Shown here: in pieces, positions 28,039-37,983 of the stretch | Numbering within the stretch: the stretch's first letter is position 1 | Layout of the letters: each line of letters begins with the position of its first letter | Source of the DNA: Planctomycetota bacterium | GTDB taxonomy: Bacteria > Planctomycetota > B129-G9 > JAJDCN01 | Assembly (NCBI GenBank): GCA_029260815.1 | Contig: JAJDCN010000339.1 | Coordinates: 1-39,819, forward strand | Reading direction: 5' to 3' | Length of the DNA stretch: 39,819 nt | The notes under the pieces: generated by a model | What the model saw: the letters and a program-made list of their open reading frames with translations, nothing else | What the model was told of the DNA's origin: nothing | Database searches by the model: none | Made by a program: the position numbers and the translations under genes

Positions 28039-30045
28039 CTACGCAAGCCTGAGGCTCGCGAGCACGTCACGGAGTCGGGCGTCCATCCACTCCGAGAATC
28101 CGCGAACGGCGCGGAGCTGCTCTCGCCAATGATGTACGTCTTCCGCAAACTTGTGTCGTTGGGGTCCGGTCAGTACGCGTCGAATGGCGCTCTTGGTACC
28201 GCTGGAGAGACTGCTGAAGACAGTCAGCGCGAATAGCGAGTCGCGCCGTTCATCGTCATCAGCGTGCGCCTCCGCGGCCATGGCCAGGAAGTGTGGAAAG
28301 TGAATGTCCCAATCGCCCCGCTCTCTGACTTGAACCTCGACCAATGCGTCAAACAGCAACGCAAGGCACTCAATCGAAGTCCCGGCAAGAACGCGCGCTC
28401 TCCACTCTGAGGATGACAGCAACGTCCAAAGGCCCCCTGCCAGCTCCGGAGCGGCTCCGTAGGCGTGCGCTCGAATGCCGCTGACCACGAAGTTGTCGTG
28501 CATCTCTTCGCCGCGAGCAATCTCCTTGAGCATCTCCAGAGCGGACTCAACTGCTTCCATCCTGCCCACGGCTTCGAGGAACACCTGCAGTTTCTTGCTG
28601 TAGTCCTCCTCCGTGCTGGCTTCTACGGCACTCTCGATAACATCTCGTAGCGGAAGTGCCAGGGTGTACGGGAGCACGGAACTCCCCTCCGCGATCGCCG
28701 ACATGCTGACGAAGTGGTCAAGCGCAGCGTCTCTGATCACTTCTTGGACGTCGTCCGGAGCCGTGTCGTTATCTGCGAAGTACATGGGGTCAGAGAGCTG
28801 GGCGAGCAACGCTAGGCCCCACATGGCGCCAGAGTCATGTGTCGCGAACCGCAGGAGAGAGGGCTCAAGAACGGGGTGCATCAACTCCCAGGTGACGTTC
28901 GCTATTCTGGAGACCTCGCTGAGGTTCTTCTCGCGCACCTGCCGCAGCACCTCCTCCTCGTGGCCGAAGGCAGTGGCCACGCGCTCAGAGACCCACCACG
29001 CAAGAGCAGTCACGCCTTCGCTTGAAGTCCCGGGAAAGAGGCACATGAGGTGCTTCGAGTAGTGACGCGCCAGTGCATGGCGGAGATGCCATGCCTGCGG
29101 ACGGCGATGTGCTGAGTCTCCGTCACCCAAGGGCGCTAGCACCCATCGCAGTCTCGTCAGGAGCTCACCGAACTTCGTCGGAGGTACTTGATCTGGCAGG
29201 TACACGAAGACCTGGCAGGCGTGATACTGCGCCAAGGGGCTTCGCCCTTCGTCTGCCCAACGCCAGACTTCACCCCAGATGTCGAGGCTCTCTCCGCCAC
29301 CGTCAAGGAACCGAGACACCAACGCTCCAGCTGACAACTCGCCGTCCAGCGGCAAGTGACCAAGTCGCTCGAAGTATCCCTGCAGAAGGGACTCCAGACC
29401 CTGGGCTTCGGATTGGAGTCCAGACAGAAACTCCAGGCACTCATCTTGCTTGGGGAGGGGAGTGACCGCCCCGAATAGGGACCTCGCCGACTCCTCAGTA
29501 GGCGCGAAAACTGCCCTGATGAACTCTCGGAATCCGAGATTGAATGTGACAGCGAGGCATTGCCGGACGCCGGCCAGGTTCAGGAGGAAGTCGCCCTTGA
29601 TTGCGTCGTGGAGAGCTAGTCCGATCGCTTTCCACTCGTCCCCATCTCCAATGAGCTGGGAGGATCCATCTACTGCCTGGCCATGAGTGGACGCCAGGAC
29701 CGACTGCGGTTCTTCCGAGGCTGTTTCGCCCAGCGCCTCTAGCGCGTGTGTACGTTCAGCCGACGTCAATCCCAGGACGCCATCTCGCAAGCGCTGAACC
29801 TTCTTCGCGTCGCCCACGCCATAGACGATCAGAGGCCCCCTCACTCCGCCGAGCCATGACCACTCCTCCGGAGTGTCGACGATCGTTGCCTCCACGTAGT
29901 CCGTACGAGAGATGAGTCCCCCGCGCTCCAGGATCACCGCGTTCTTCGACTCAAGTTGCTCCGCCTCACCAAGCGAGTAGCCCACGAGGCGCGACCGCAG
30001 CGCCCTCATTGCCTGTGCGACTTCCTCCGGGCTGTACTTAGGCAT
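28039..30045 (-). CDS. Uncharacterised ~668-aa mostly helical protein, translationally coupled to the hydrolase-TPR-PIN gene
   Basis: Long ORF; ATG 30045 overlaps the upstream stop (ATGCCTAA) with GGAG 10 nt upstream; no motif recognised. Confidence 0.8.
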   Translation of the reverse strand: MPKYSPEEVAQAMRALRSRLVGYSLGEAEQLESKNAVILERGGLISRTDYVEATIVDTPEEWSWLGGVRGPLIVYGVGDAKKVQRLRDGVLGLTSAERTHALEALGETASEEPQSVLASTHGQAVDGSSQLIGDGDEWKAIGLALHDAIKGDFLLNLAGVRQCLAVTFNLGFREFIRAVFAPTEESARSLFGAVTPLPKQDECLEFLSGLQSEAQGLESLLQGYFERLGHLPLDGELSAGALVSRFLDGGGESLDIWGEVWRWADEGRSPLAQYHACQVFVYLPDQVPPTKFGELLTRLRWVLAPLGDGDSAHRRPQAWHLRHALARHYSKHLMCLFPGTSSEGVTALAWWVSERVATAFGHEEEVLRQVREKNLSEVSRIANVTWELMHPVLEPSLLRFATHDSGAMWGLALLAQLSDPMYFADNDTAPDDVQEVIRDAALDHFVSMSAIAEGSSVLPYTLALPLRDVIESAVEASTEEDYSKKLQVFLEAVGRMEAVESALEMLKEIARGEEMHDNFVVSGIRAHAYGAAPELAGGLWTLLSSSEWRARVLAGTSIECLALLFDALVEVQVRERGDWDIHFPHFLAMAAEAHADDDERRDSLFALTVFSSLSSGTKSAIRRVLTGPQRHKFAEDVHHWREQLRAVRGFSEWMDARLRDVLASLRLA

Positions 30046-33000
30046 CGCCGACGATCTCCAGCATGAGATCGACCGCATCCTCCCTTGCCATGGCAAGGGA
30101 CTCGTATGTCGTGCTTGCTGCTCGATGACCGATCGCTGGATCAACGCGTTGCGCGGAGAGGGACAGCAAGAGATGCGTTAGAAGCATCTTGTTGTTCAGC
30201 TTCGCTACAACGCGTCCGTTCACGCCCATGTTACGGGGTGGCGACGGTAGCAGTTCGGACACGATCCAGTCTGTGAGTGAGGTTGCTGCCTCCTGTGGGA
30301 ACTGCCCTTCGGCCCAGACGAGAGCGATGAACTCCGCCGCCTCCTGGACCCACGCTTGGTAGAAGCTCGTGGCGACAAGCCGTGGTGGCTCAGTAGGCTC
30401 CGGGCCAGTAAAGAGCCCAGGGTCGCGCATGCAGTCATGCACATAGGCGGCCACATCTCTAAGTTCTACGCCGGGGAGATTCTCTGCGTACTTTGCTGCA
30501 AGTCTGTAGAGCACTGCTGCTGGAACAACCAAGAACCGATAGCGCCACCGAACCAGCTGCAGAACGGCGTCTGCGAACGCGTCCTGTGTTATCGCGCCGT
30601 GTGCGGCCATAGCAGCCAACAGCGCGTCTGAGCCAAACGATTGGTCCCTTAGATGCCGCCGTGAGTTGAGAATCTGTCCTTGGCAGAACCGATCATCAGC
30701 GAGCAGTGGGAGATTGAGTCTGTCGGCAAGGAGCGTGGCGCCGACCGAGAGATCGAAGTCAGACTTCTCGTCGCCGTCTTCCTGCCCAGCGAACAACTGT
30801 CCTCTGACGCGTGTGATCCGAGCGTCGCTTCGAACTGCCTCGCGCAGATCTGTCAGTCGTTCTCTGACGCCATCTCTGAACTCGTACCCGGCGTATTCTC
30901 GTCGGAATGTCTCACGCTCAGCGCTGTCCATGTGTACTTGGAAGTTGCCTAGCACCGACTCCATTACGCCGAACTGGTGTAGTGCCTTCAGGGACAGATA
31001 ATCCGCGCGGAGCGGTTGCCCGAGTTGGATTGCTGACGCATGGGCGTGCCCATTCTCTCGTCGCGACAATCTACCTACCTCGTCCCGGCGCGCTGCGTCC
31101 ACTACTCCAGCGTCCGCCAGCTTCTCGACAACATCTGCGGCCTTCAGGCTGCCATCCTTCGTGTCGTACTCCGCCAAGAGAGGGTGATCTCCCGGGTCAT
31201 TGAGCTCTCGCGCAATCAGCGTCCCATCGTCGAGGGCCGCTCTAATCGCGTCGAGTGCTTGCCGCTGGGAGGGCTGAAAGTCAAAGAGCCTCCCCAAGTG
31301 TTGAAAGAGGTGACCGGAGTAGTCTGCTGGAACGGACACACCTCCTAAGAACGTCAAGGCTTCATCCAGAAGTCGGAGTCGATGTAGGGTGATGAGCGCT
31401 GAGAGATCGCTGACAACCGCGGTGCCTTCACTTGGCATGCCGACACGTGCGAGATCAGTAGCTCCAGTCTCATTCTGTCGGACGTAGAAGGAGTTCGATG
31501 CGTAGAGGTTGAGGTGACCCCAAGCGTCTGGCTCTTCTGCGACCCAATCAACCTCCTGCGTTCTGATCTCGTGCCCCAGATACGGCGTGTTCCCTCGGAG
31601 AAGCTCCACAAGCGTCCACGGTATCTTCCCGTGGAGGTACTCGCGGTGTCTGGCCTTGTCTTGCTGCCTCGACTCCTCCATGAACGTGACAAGGTCCTCC
31701 AACTTCTTGGGCTGGACAATCTCTCGCTCCGCTCGGCCCGACTCCTGGAGAGCTTGGATCTGCGAGAGCGCATCGGGCGCATTCGCGTCATTCCCGGAGG
31801 CATACGCGAGACTCATGAACAGTTGGAGGTAGTCGATGTTCTCCCATTGAGCATCCCGGAATGGTTCAATCGAGGAGAAGGCCAGTTCCGCTCTGCCTAG
31901 GGCCAGGAGTAGCTTCGCTCGGTCCAGGATGACTCCGATCGTCGGATCCCCCCGGGCGATGAGTGCGTCCAGGATGTGGAGAGCCTCTTCCTCCCTGTCG
32001 GCCTTCAGCAGTGCGGCGGCCTGGTTCTGCAGGTGCTCGGGCTTCGTCGGCTCAAGCTCCGCCAACTTGGCGAACTGGACTGCCGCCTCCTCGTACTCGT
32101 CACGTTGCCATCGAGCGTGTGCGAGATTCCGGACCGGACGCACGTCGCGAGGTGTCAAGGAAACCAACTTCTCGAGCGCAGGAATGAGGATTCCCAACTT
32201 GTCCTGGGCGATTGCCTCCTCTGCCACTGCACGGAGTAGGTTGGGATGAGCGAGTCGCTCGCTTGCGGCCACAAGAGCGGTGAGAGCCTCTTCGTCCTCT
32301 CCCGCGAACTTGTGGGCACGTGCTCTTAGTTGCAGCCAGTCCGCGTCGTTATCGTCTCGGAGTTCCTCAAGTTGATCGAGAGCCTGCTTGGTCTTGTTTG
32401 TCGAGAAGAGCCTCTGAACCTCCTTCATCCTGACAATCCGGTCATGGCCTTCGAGCAGCCTCGGCTCAAGCTTGCGAACGGCGCTTTGTGCGCTTGCACC
32501 CAGCGTGGTGGCCAGTTCGCTGAGGTAACCCCAGATCTGGAGCCGCTCCTCTCGATCCGTTGCCGACTCTGCAAGCTCGAGAATCCGCGTGAATGCACTT
32601 TCTGGGCGTTCTAGAGACGTCTCCTCAATCTGTGCGGCGAGGAGCTTTGCATCGATCGAATCCGGGTGCTCTTCAAGCAGTCGGTTCACATGCTCGGCCG
32701 ATGCGGTGCCCATTCCTCTAAGAAGCGTTCGGGCTAGTTCAAGAGGAATAGGAGTCCGAGTGGACATCAGTGGGATCAGCGCCTCGCATGCCTCTCGCTC
32801 GCCCAGGAGGAACAACGTCGTCGCATTCCTCGAAACTACTAGCGCCTCGTCGTCTGAGTCGATGAGTCCTCGCGCTAGTATCAACTCTACAGAAGGCTGC
32901 AATCGACTCTTCACCTCAAGCAGCGCATTGCGCTCGTCGTCGGTGAGATTGGCGGGAGTCAGCCCGGACGTTCCGTCGCGCTGCTTGATCAGCCGTACCA

Positions 33001-33937
33001 GAAGGGCATTTGCAAGTGCGACTTGAGCGCGGCGAGAAAGGGATGGATCGTCGAGTCCTTCAGCTTGGACGACGAGTTCTCTAGCGGTGTCGATGTTCCC
33101 TATGCGAGTCTGCTCGGAAATCCCATCGACTAGCCAGTGTGACTTCTCCTGCTCTTCCGTCACGTCTCGGTCGGCGACGGATAGTGCATCTTCGATCCAA
33201 CTTAGCACTTGAGCGTAGCCATCCGCCGACTTGGACTTCGGTTTGACAATGGCCTTGTGAGATCCAGGGATCGTGCGAGTTTGGTCCCGAGGCATGGCTA
33301 GGCAGGCACTCAGGCGATCCACCCAGAAGTCGTGACCCGCTACGAGGGCCCATGTCCGAATCGTGCGCCTGTTCTCCGCATCCTCGTGCGAAATGTGGCT
33401 AGCAAGGGCCTCGTTGACCTCAGTAATGAGGGGGTTGTGGGTCCTTAGGACACCAAGGTCTTGCCCCACAAACGGAATCCAGCGCAACAGCCAATGTGAC
33501 CCAGCTTGGGGCGTGGCAAGCAGGAGGATGGCCCTCAGCTTCGCGAGTGCGCGCTCCTTGTTGCCGTCAAGCATGCTTCTCACTGCGCACTTCAGAAGCA
33601 CACCCCCGAGGCTATGCCCGACAAGCACAACTCGCTCGTGCTCTAGGGCGTCGATGGTATCTGCCAGTATTCGAGCCTGGACTGTCAACTCGGTTGAGCG
33701 AAACGGCCTCCGGTACCACAGTGTGTCGTACTGAAACAGCCCGACATCGCAGCCGACATCTTCGAAGATGAACTCGGGCAGGCGACCCCATGTCGCATAT
33801 CGTCTCCCGGCAAGGCCGTGCGCGAAGAGTATGAGGGACGTGCCGTCGCCACCTCGCGGTCGATGGACGACAAGCCCTTCCCGATCCGCAGTCCCGCGGG
33901 GCAGAGGTTTGAACTCGTCCTGTACCTCTAGGTGCAT
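30038..33937 (-). CDS. Alpha/beta-hydrolase - TPR repeats - tandem PIN-like domain protein (candidate defence protein)
   Basis: LFAHGLAG, VGHSLGG, HDFWV and GSHKAIVKP give a complete lipase-type triad; central TPRs; PIN-like VVSDLSALITL and LRADYLSL...LPLLADDRF. Confidence 0.82.
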   Translation of the reverse strand: MHLEVQDEFKPLPRGTADREGLVVHRPRGGDGTSLILFAHGLAGRRYATWGRLPEFIFEDVGCDVGLFQYDTLWYRRPFRSTELTVQARILADTIDALEHERVVLVGHSLGGVLLKCAVRSMLDGNKERALAKLRAILLLATPQAGSHWLLRWIPFVGQDLGVLRTHNPLITEVNEALASHISHEDAENRRTIRTWALVAGHDFWVDRLSACLAMPRDQTRTIPGSHKAIVKPKSKSADGYAQVLSWIEDALSVADRDVTEEQEKSHWLVDGISEQTRIGNIDTARELVVQAEGLDDPSLSRRAQVALANALLVRLIKQRDGTSGLTPANLTDDERNALLEVKSRLQPSVELILARGLIDSDDEALVVSRNATTLFLLGEREACEALIPLMSTRTPIPLELARTLLRGMGTASAEHVNRLLEEHPDSIDAKLLAAQIEETSLERPESAFTRILELAESATDREERLQIWGYLSELATTLGASAQSAVRKLEPRLLEGHDRIVRMKEVQRLFSTNKTKQALDQLEELRDDNDADWLQLRARAHKFAGEDEEALTALVAASERLAHPNLLRAVAEEAIAQDKLGILIPALEKLVSLTPRDVRPVRNLAHARWQRDEYEEAAVQFAKLAELEPTKPEHLQNQAAALLKADREEEALHILDALIARGDPTIGVILDRAKLLLALGRAELAFSSIEPFRDAQWENIDYLQLFMSLAYASGNDANAPDALSQIQALQESGRAEREIVQPKKLEDLVTFMEESRQQDKARHREYLHGKIPWTLVELLRGNTPYLGHEIRTQEVDWVAEEPDAWGHLNLYASNSFYVRQNETGATDLARVGMPSEGTAVVSDLSALITLHRLRLLDEALTFLGGVSVPADYSGHLFQHLGRLFDFQPSQRQALDAIRAALDDGTLIARELNDPGDHPLLAEYDTKDGSLKAADVVEKLADAGVVDAARRDEVGRLSRRENGHAHASAIQLGQPLRADYLSLKALHQFGVMESVLGNFQVHMDSAERETFRREYAGYEFRDGVRERLTDLREAVRSDARITRVRGQLFAGQEDGDEKSDFDLSVGATLLADRLNLPLLADDRFCQGQILNSRRHLRDQSFGSDALLAAMAAHGAITQDAFADAVLQLVRWRYRFLVVPAAVLYRLAAKYAENLPGVELRDVAAYVHDCMRDPGLFTGPEPTEPPRLVATSFYQAWVQEAAEFIALVWAEGQFPQEAATSLTDWIVSELLPSPPRNMGVNGRVVAKLNNKMLLTHLLLSLSAQRVDPAIGHRAASTTYESLAMAREDAVDLMLEIVGDA

Positions 33938-34231
33938 TCCGCAGCATCTCCGTCGTCAGAGCCTACTCCACTTCCACGACTCAGGTGATGCGCTTGAGGG
34001 CCGCGTTGTGCGTCGACCGACACCCCCCCAACTCTGTGCCGTTCGGAAGTCGGCCACATGCTCGGTTCGCTCTGGGTGGTCCGCAAAGGTGCTGCGTTTC
34101 ATGCCCCCGGGGTGCGAAGCTGCCCGACCAGCCCTGGCCAAGTCGAGATCCGCCGTTTGCAGCTAGTAGGGCTAGGATCTTCACCCCTAGGGCATGCCTC
34201 CCCGGTCGGGGTCTGGAAGCGCAAACGCTCA

Positions 34232-34245
34232 TTTGATCGGTCAAA
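34232..34245. promoter_or_regulatory. Near-palindromic putative operator upstream of the hydrolase-TPR-PIN operon
   Basis: TTTGATCGGTCAAA, an AT-rich dyad in a non-coding gap about 300 bp upstream of the start. Confidence 0.3.
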
Positions 34246-34558
34246 CGGTCGAGGTGCGTCCCGTCTTCGCCATTCCCCCCGCTTTGAGTTCCCTCGTGGG
34301 GGTTTCAGGACGCCGAAGATGGTCCCGAGTCGGTTCAGGGTGACGGCTACGAACGACATCGAGTGAGCATCCGAGTGAGCACCCGGTGTCCCGGAGGACG
34401 GTGTCCTTCGGATGCCCCCTAGGGTCCAGCCCCACCCTTCCCCGAGGTTCTTCACCGACTCCTAGGGGAGTGTGCTCAAGCACCAAACGAAGCCTCACGG
34501 CTTTGCTTCATGGCTTCCCTGCTCCGCCTTCCTCGACGTCTTGTGGCGAAGTGCAAAG

Positions 34559-34935
34559 TGGAGTTGACCCGTTTCGGTGGACACCTACGCAGTGGGGATC
34601 TCAGGGGCCGCCAGGGCAGCCTGTTCGTACTTGATCGGTGACTTGTAGTCGAGGGCGGAGTGCCTCCGACGCGGGTTGTAGAAGCCTTCGATGGACTCGA
34701 AGATGGCCATCTCGGCCTGCGCCCTGGTCTTGAACCTGTGGCGGCGAGTCAGCTCATGCTTGAGCGTCGCGAAGAAGCTCTCGCACATCGCGTTGTCGTA
34801 GGAGTCGCCCACCGAGCCCGTAGAGGGGCGCAGCCCCGCGGCGCCGCAACGGTGCCCGAACGCGAGCGAGGTGTACTGGCAGCCCTTGTCGCTGTGATGG
34901 ATCACGCCCACGGGCTGGCGCTGGCGTACCGCCAT
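34559..34935 (-). mobile_element. IS3-family remnant: 3' part of the orfB transposase (rve core) plus right terminal repeat
   Basis: IHHSDKGCQYTS, DSYDNAMCESFFATLKHE, FYNPRRRHSALDYKSP; minus-strand end TGTCCACCGAAACGGGTCAACTCCA at 34559-34583; 5' part missing. Confidence 0.92.
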
Positions 34936-35461
34936 GTCGTGGGGGGGGTACTCGCGCTCGTGGGACTCCTCAGCCTGCTATCGGACGAGGCACGGGAGGC
35001 CCTCTGGCAGTTCCTCGCGGCGCCTTGGCTGTAGCGACTCGCTTCTCGGCCAGCCTGGCCTGTCCCTCGGAAACTTGTTAGTTGTGCGGGCAGGCCATCC
35101 ACAGTCTCTCAACAGGTTGTTCACTAGGTTGAGTTCCGCCCGAGCCCCAGAGTTGGGCCCGAAGCGGGGACTACACAAGATTAGCACTCGCGCTGGGACT
35201 GACGTAACCCATGCGCAAATAGTGACTTGTGTTTGCGGAGACGCTAGCCGCAAGTATCGTCTCGCCCGGTTGCGCGCCGCCGGCGCGCAGCGTGCTTCAG
35301 CTGGCTTCAGCAGGAGTTCTTGGGGCCCCGCGTCGGTTGGACGACGCGGGGCCCGCTTCATGTCGTACGCAACTCGTACGGTCCCAGCACAAGAACTGCA
35401 ACTAACGCTGAAATGGCGGAGTCGTCCAACCGGCTGCGCCGAGTCCGGAAAGGACAGCCGC

Positions 35462-36094
35462 ATGAGCCGCAAGACCGCAGCCGCGCCCAAGAGGCGACTC
35501 TCATTGACTGACTTCGTTGACATCGTGTCGAAGAAGGGGCGCCCGAAGGCGACCAAAGTGCGCCAAGTCTCTACTCGGGATGAATACCACCCGGCACACG
35601 ACTACTACCGGACGACTCGGGAGAAGCTGATTGAGCACGCACGAGGACTCGTCGGCGATGCCCATCTCGATCTGTTCGCCGCATCCGTGCCTCTCAACAA
35701 GCAAGAGAATGTAGCGAGGATTGTCTCGGGATACCGTCGCTGGCGGGGCCGCAAGCGCGTGCGCTGGTTCGATCCGGCGGTTGGCCCCTTCATCGCGGAC
35801 GGCATTGAGATCTCGGTGAATCCCGAGATGGGCGTGGTCGTAGGAGGCACGTCGCACGTCGTGAAGCTGTACTTCAAGTCAGAGAAACTGAAGAAGCTGG
35901 ACATCGATGTCATTCATCACCTGATGGAACGGACCCTTCGGAAGCAGAGCCCTCGAGGTGCAGTGATGTGCATTCTCGACGTGCGCCATGGCAAGTTGAT
36001 TGTCCCGACGAAGAAGATCCCGGAGTTGGGGCAGATGCTTCGCGCTGAGATTGCGTACATCGCGCAGATGTGGGGACCTCAGCGCGGGCCGTAG
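35462..36094 (+). CDS. Basic hypothetical protein (210 aa)
   Basis: Protein-like segment of a longer open frame beginning MSRKTAAAPKRRLSLTDFVDIVSK; motifs YHPAHDYY, SVNPEMG, VKLYFK, ILDVR. Confidence 0.75.
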   Translation: MSRKTAAAPKRRLSLTDFVDIVSKKGRPKATKVRQVSTRDEYHPAHDYYRTTREKLIEHARGLVGDAHLDLFAASVPLNKQENVARIVSGYRRWRGRKRVRWFDPAVGPFIADGIEISVNPEMGVVVGGTSHVVKLYFKSEKLKKLDIDVIHHLMERTLRKQSPRGAVMCILDVRHGKLIVPTKKIPELGQMLRAEIAYIAQMWGPQRGP

Positions 36095-36548
36095 CCTGCT
36101 CGCTGACTTGGCACCGAAAGCTGAGCCAGTTCGTTGGGGGGCAACTCAGGCAAGGACTGTCGTGGAGGCACCCCAGGCGGGAAGCCCGATGTGGGTCCCT
36201 AGATGCTAAGGAACGAACGTGAGGCGCAGCGGGATGGCGGGCTTCGCCACCGGTCAATGTTCCCGACAGGTCCAGGCCTGGCGCATCTGCGGCTCCAGGC
36301 TTCCGCCGCCGCGTGTCAGATCACGCCGCGCGTTCGAAGCAGTCGGGTGAAACTCCCGCCACTCGCCTGGGGCGCCAGTGCCCAGGGGCCCGGTGTAGTT
36401 CCGTCGTTCGTGTCACGATCCGCGCCGAGCCGCACAACCCATTGACCCTGCGTGACTTGCCAACGCACGGGCAGGCTGGTCGCCCTCCGTGTAGACGGAT
36501 CCGGTACTCGGCGGTGCAGGTACCCGTGCGCCGGCCCGGACGCTCCCG

Positions 36549-37406
36549 CTACGTGAGGAGGTGCGATACGTCAGGGAGCCCTGCGCCCGGGACCTCCTCC
36601 AGGGTGACAGGGCGTACTTCCACCCTTCGCGACCAAGCAACGAACACTGGATTGTCGACCGTGGATCGGATCCACGAGATGGCTTCGCCGAACCGGGGCA
36701 GCGCTCGGGACGCCAAGAACGGCGTCGTGGTTGAGCCTGTCAGCCCGAAGAATTCGCCAGGGACCGGGATCCAACGGAGCACGCTCCGGTCAGTCCAGAA
36801 GGCTCCGATGAGGCGGGAGGCTCGCTCCGCCGAGCGCTTGCGCCATCGGCGGCTCATGGGCCGCAGATCGGCTTCCGAGGCGTAGCGGGAGCTTCGGCAC
36901 AGGACGGCGCTCCAGTGGCCAGGAGGCGGGTCTTCCCCGCAGAAGACGTCCTCGAAGGCGAACGGGTTCTTCGAGGCGTACGCGCGGCCACATGGAGTGC
37001 GGAGCACCTGCTCGCCGCGGCTCAGGTAGGGGGCCATGATCGCGTAGAGCCCGTAGCGTGGCAGGACCGCGGCCGCCCCACGTGTTCCTAGTGCCGTTCG
37101 CCTCGGCGGTCTCGCCGGTGCCTTGGATGTGCGGTGCTGGCGGATCCATGTCTCCTGCGACATCCCTGTCAGGGAGCGCACCCAGCCGTCGATGTCCTCG
37201 GCCGTGAAGAAGACCGGGCGTCCTTGCACACCGCCACCACGAACGGGCAAGACGTTCCGTCGGCGACGGATCTCCAGGGCATTTGCCGTGACATCGATGC
37301 CGATCATCTGCAAGTAGCCGGCAAGGCCGTTCCACCCTTCGACGCGTGAGGGGCGGAGCAGCGGGCCGAGCTCGATGTCAGCGTGGCGGTCGTCAGGGAG
37401 CTTCAT
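36549..37406 (-). CDS. Hypothetical protein with N-terminal Xis/MerR-like HTH
   Basis: GWNGLAGYL...VTANALEIRRRRNVLPV...PVFFTAEDIDGWV resembles an Xis-type HTH; divergent from the xis-int block; start at ATG 37406 is a guess. Confidence 0.5.
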   Translation of the reverse strand: MKLPDDRHADIELGPLLRPSRVEGWNGLAGYLQMIGIDVTANALEIRRRRNVLPVRGGGVQGRPVFFTAEDIDGWVRSLTGMSQETWIRQHRTSKAPARPPRRTALGTRGAAAVLPRYGLYAIMAPYLSRGEQVLRTPCGRAYASKNPFAFEDVFCGEDPPPGHWSAVLCRSSRYASEADLRPMSRRWRKRSAERASRLIGAFWTDRSVLRWIPVPGEFFGLTGSTTTPFLASRALPRFGEAISWIRSTVDNPVFVAWSRRVEVRPVTLEEVPGAGLPDVSHLLT

Positions 37407-37658
37407 GGTCTGAAGCCTAGTGCCCCGGAGCGCGCAGCGGCGATCGCGCCACCGTTTCCTCGGCCGCCAAGCCGGAGGTGCGGGGGGGGTAATGGTGGCG
37501 ATCTGCCCACCAAGGAGGGGTTCCGGTGCAGGATGCGATCGTCGATGGTGCACAAGGTGCGCCGCGACCCGGCGTGCAAGTCGCTCGTCGGAACTCACCA
37601 CTAGTGAGGTGCCCGTCGTTCGGCGGGTTGGGCATACCTCGCTGAGCGGAGATTACCT

Positions 37659-37925
37659 ATGTCTCAAGAGGATCGCTTCCTCGTCCTCAGCGAAGCTGCT
37701 GAAGATCTCGAACTCTCAGTCGCCGAGGTACGTCGCCTCGTCGAAGAGGGTGAACTCGAAGGCCATCGCGACGAGCCCACCGGCCCGTTGTTGATCACCA
37801 AGGAAAGCGTCGATGACTACGCCGATGAGGCGGATGACGACGCTGACGAGGATGCCTTCGACCGCGGCTACAACGAAGGTCACGCCGATGGCCTCGCTGA
37901 AGCCGACCACCAAGAGGACGACTAG
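37659..37925 (+). CDS. Acidic excisionase-like HTH protein
   Basis: FLVLSEAAEDLELSVAEVRRLVEEGEL...LLITKESVDDY fits the HTH_17 pattern; GGAG RBS; D/E-rich tail. Confidence 0.75.
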   Translation: MSQEDRFLVLSEAAEDLELSVAEVRRLVEEGELEGHRDEPTGPLLITKESVDDYADEADDDADEDAFDRGYNEGHADGLAEADHQEDD

Positions 37926-37937
37926 TCGTCCTCTCGT

Positions 37938-37966
37938 CGGGGCGGCCCTCTCTGAGGGCCGCCCCG
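37938..37966. terminator. Perfect 13-bp GC stem-loop between the two xis-like genes
   Basis: CGGGGCGGCCCTC-TCT-GAGGGCCGCCCCG; no clear U-tract, so terminator function is uncertain. Confidence 0.5.
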
Positions 37967-37983
37967 GTTCTGAGAGGCCAAGC

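Noticed and set aside
34232-34245. FNR/CRP box
   Set aside because: Half-sites TTGAT and GTCAA are 2 bp apart, not the 4 bp of the FNR consensus.
34934-35461. N-terminal half of the 386-aa ORF
   Set aside because: Starts at the IS junction and reads as non-coding; the protein-like part begins at ATG 35462.
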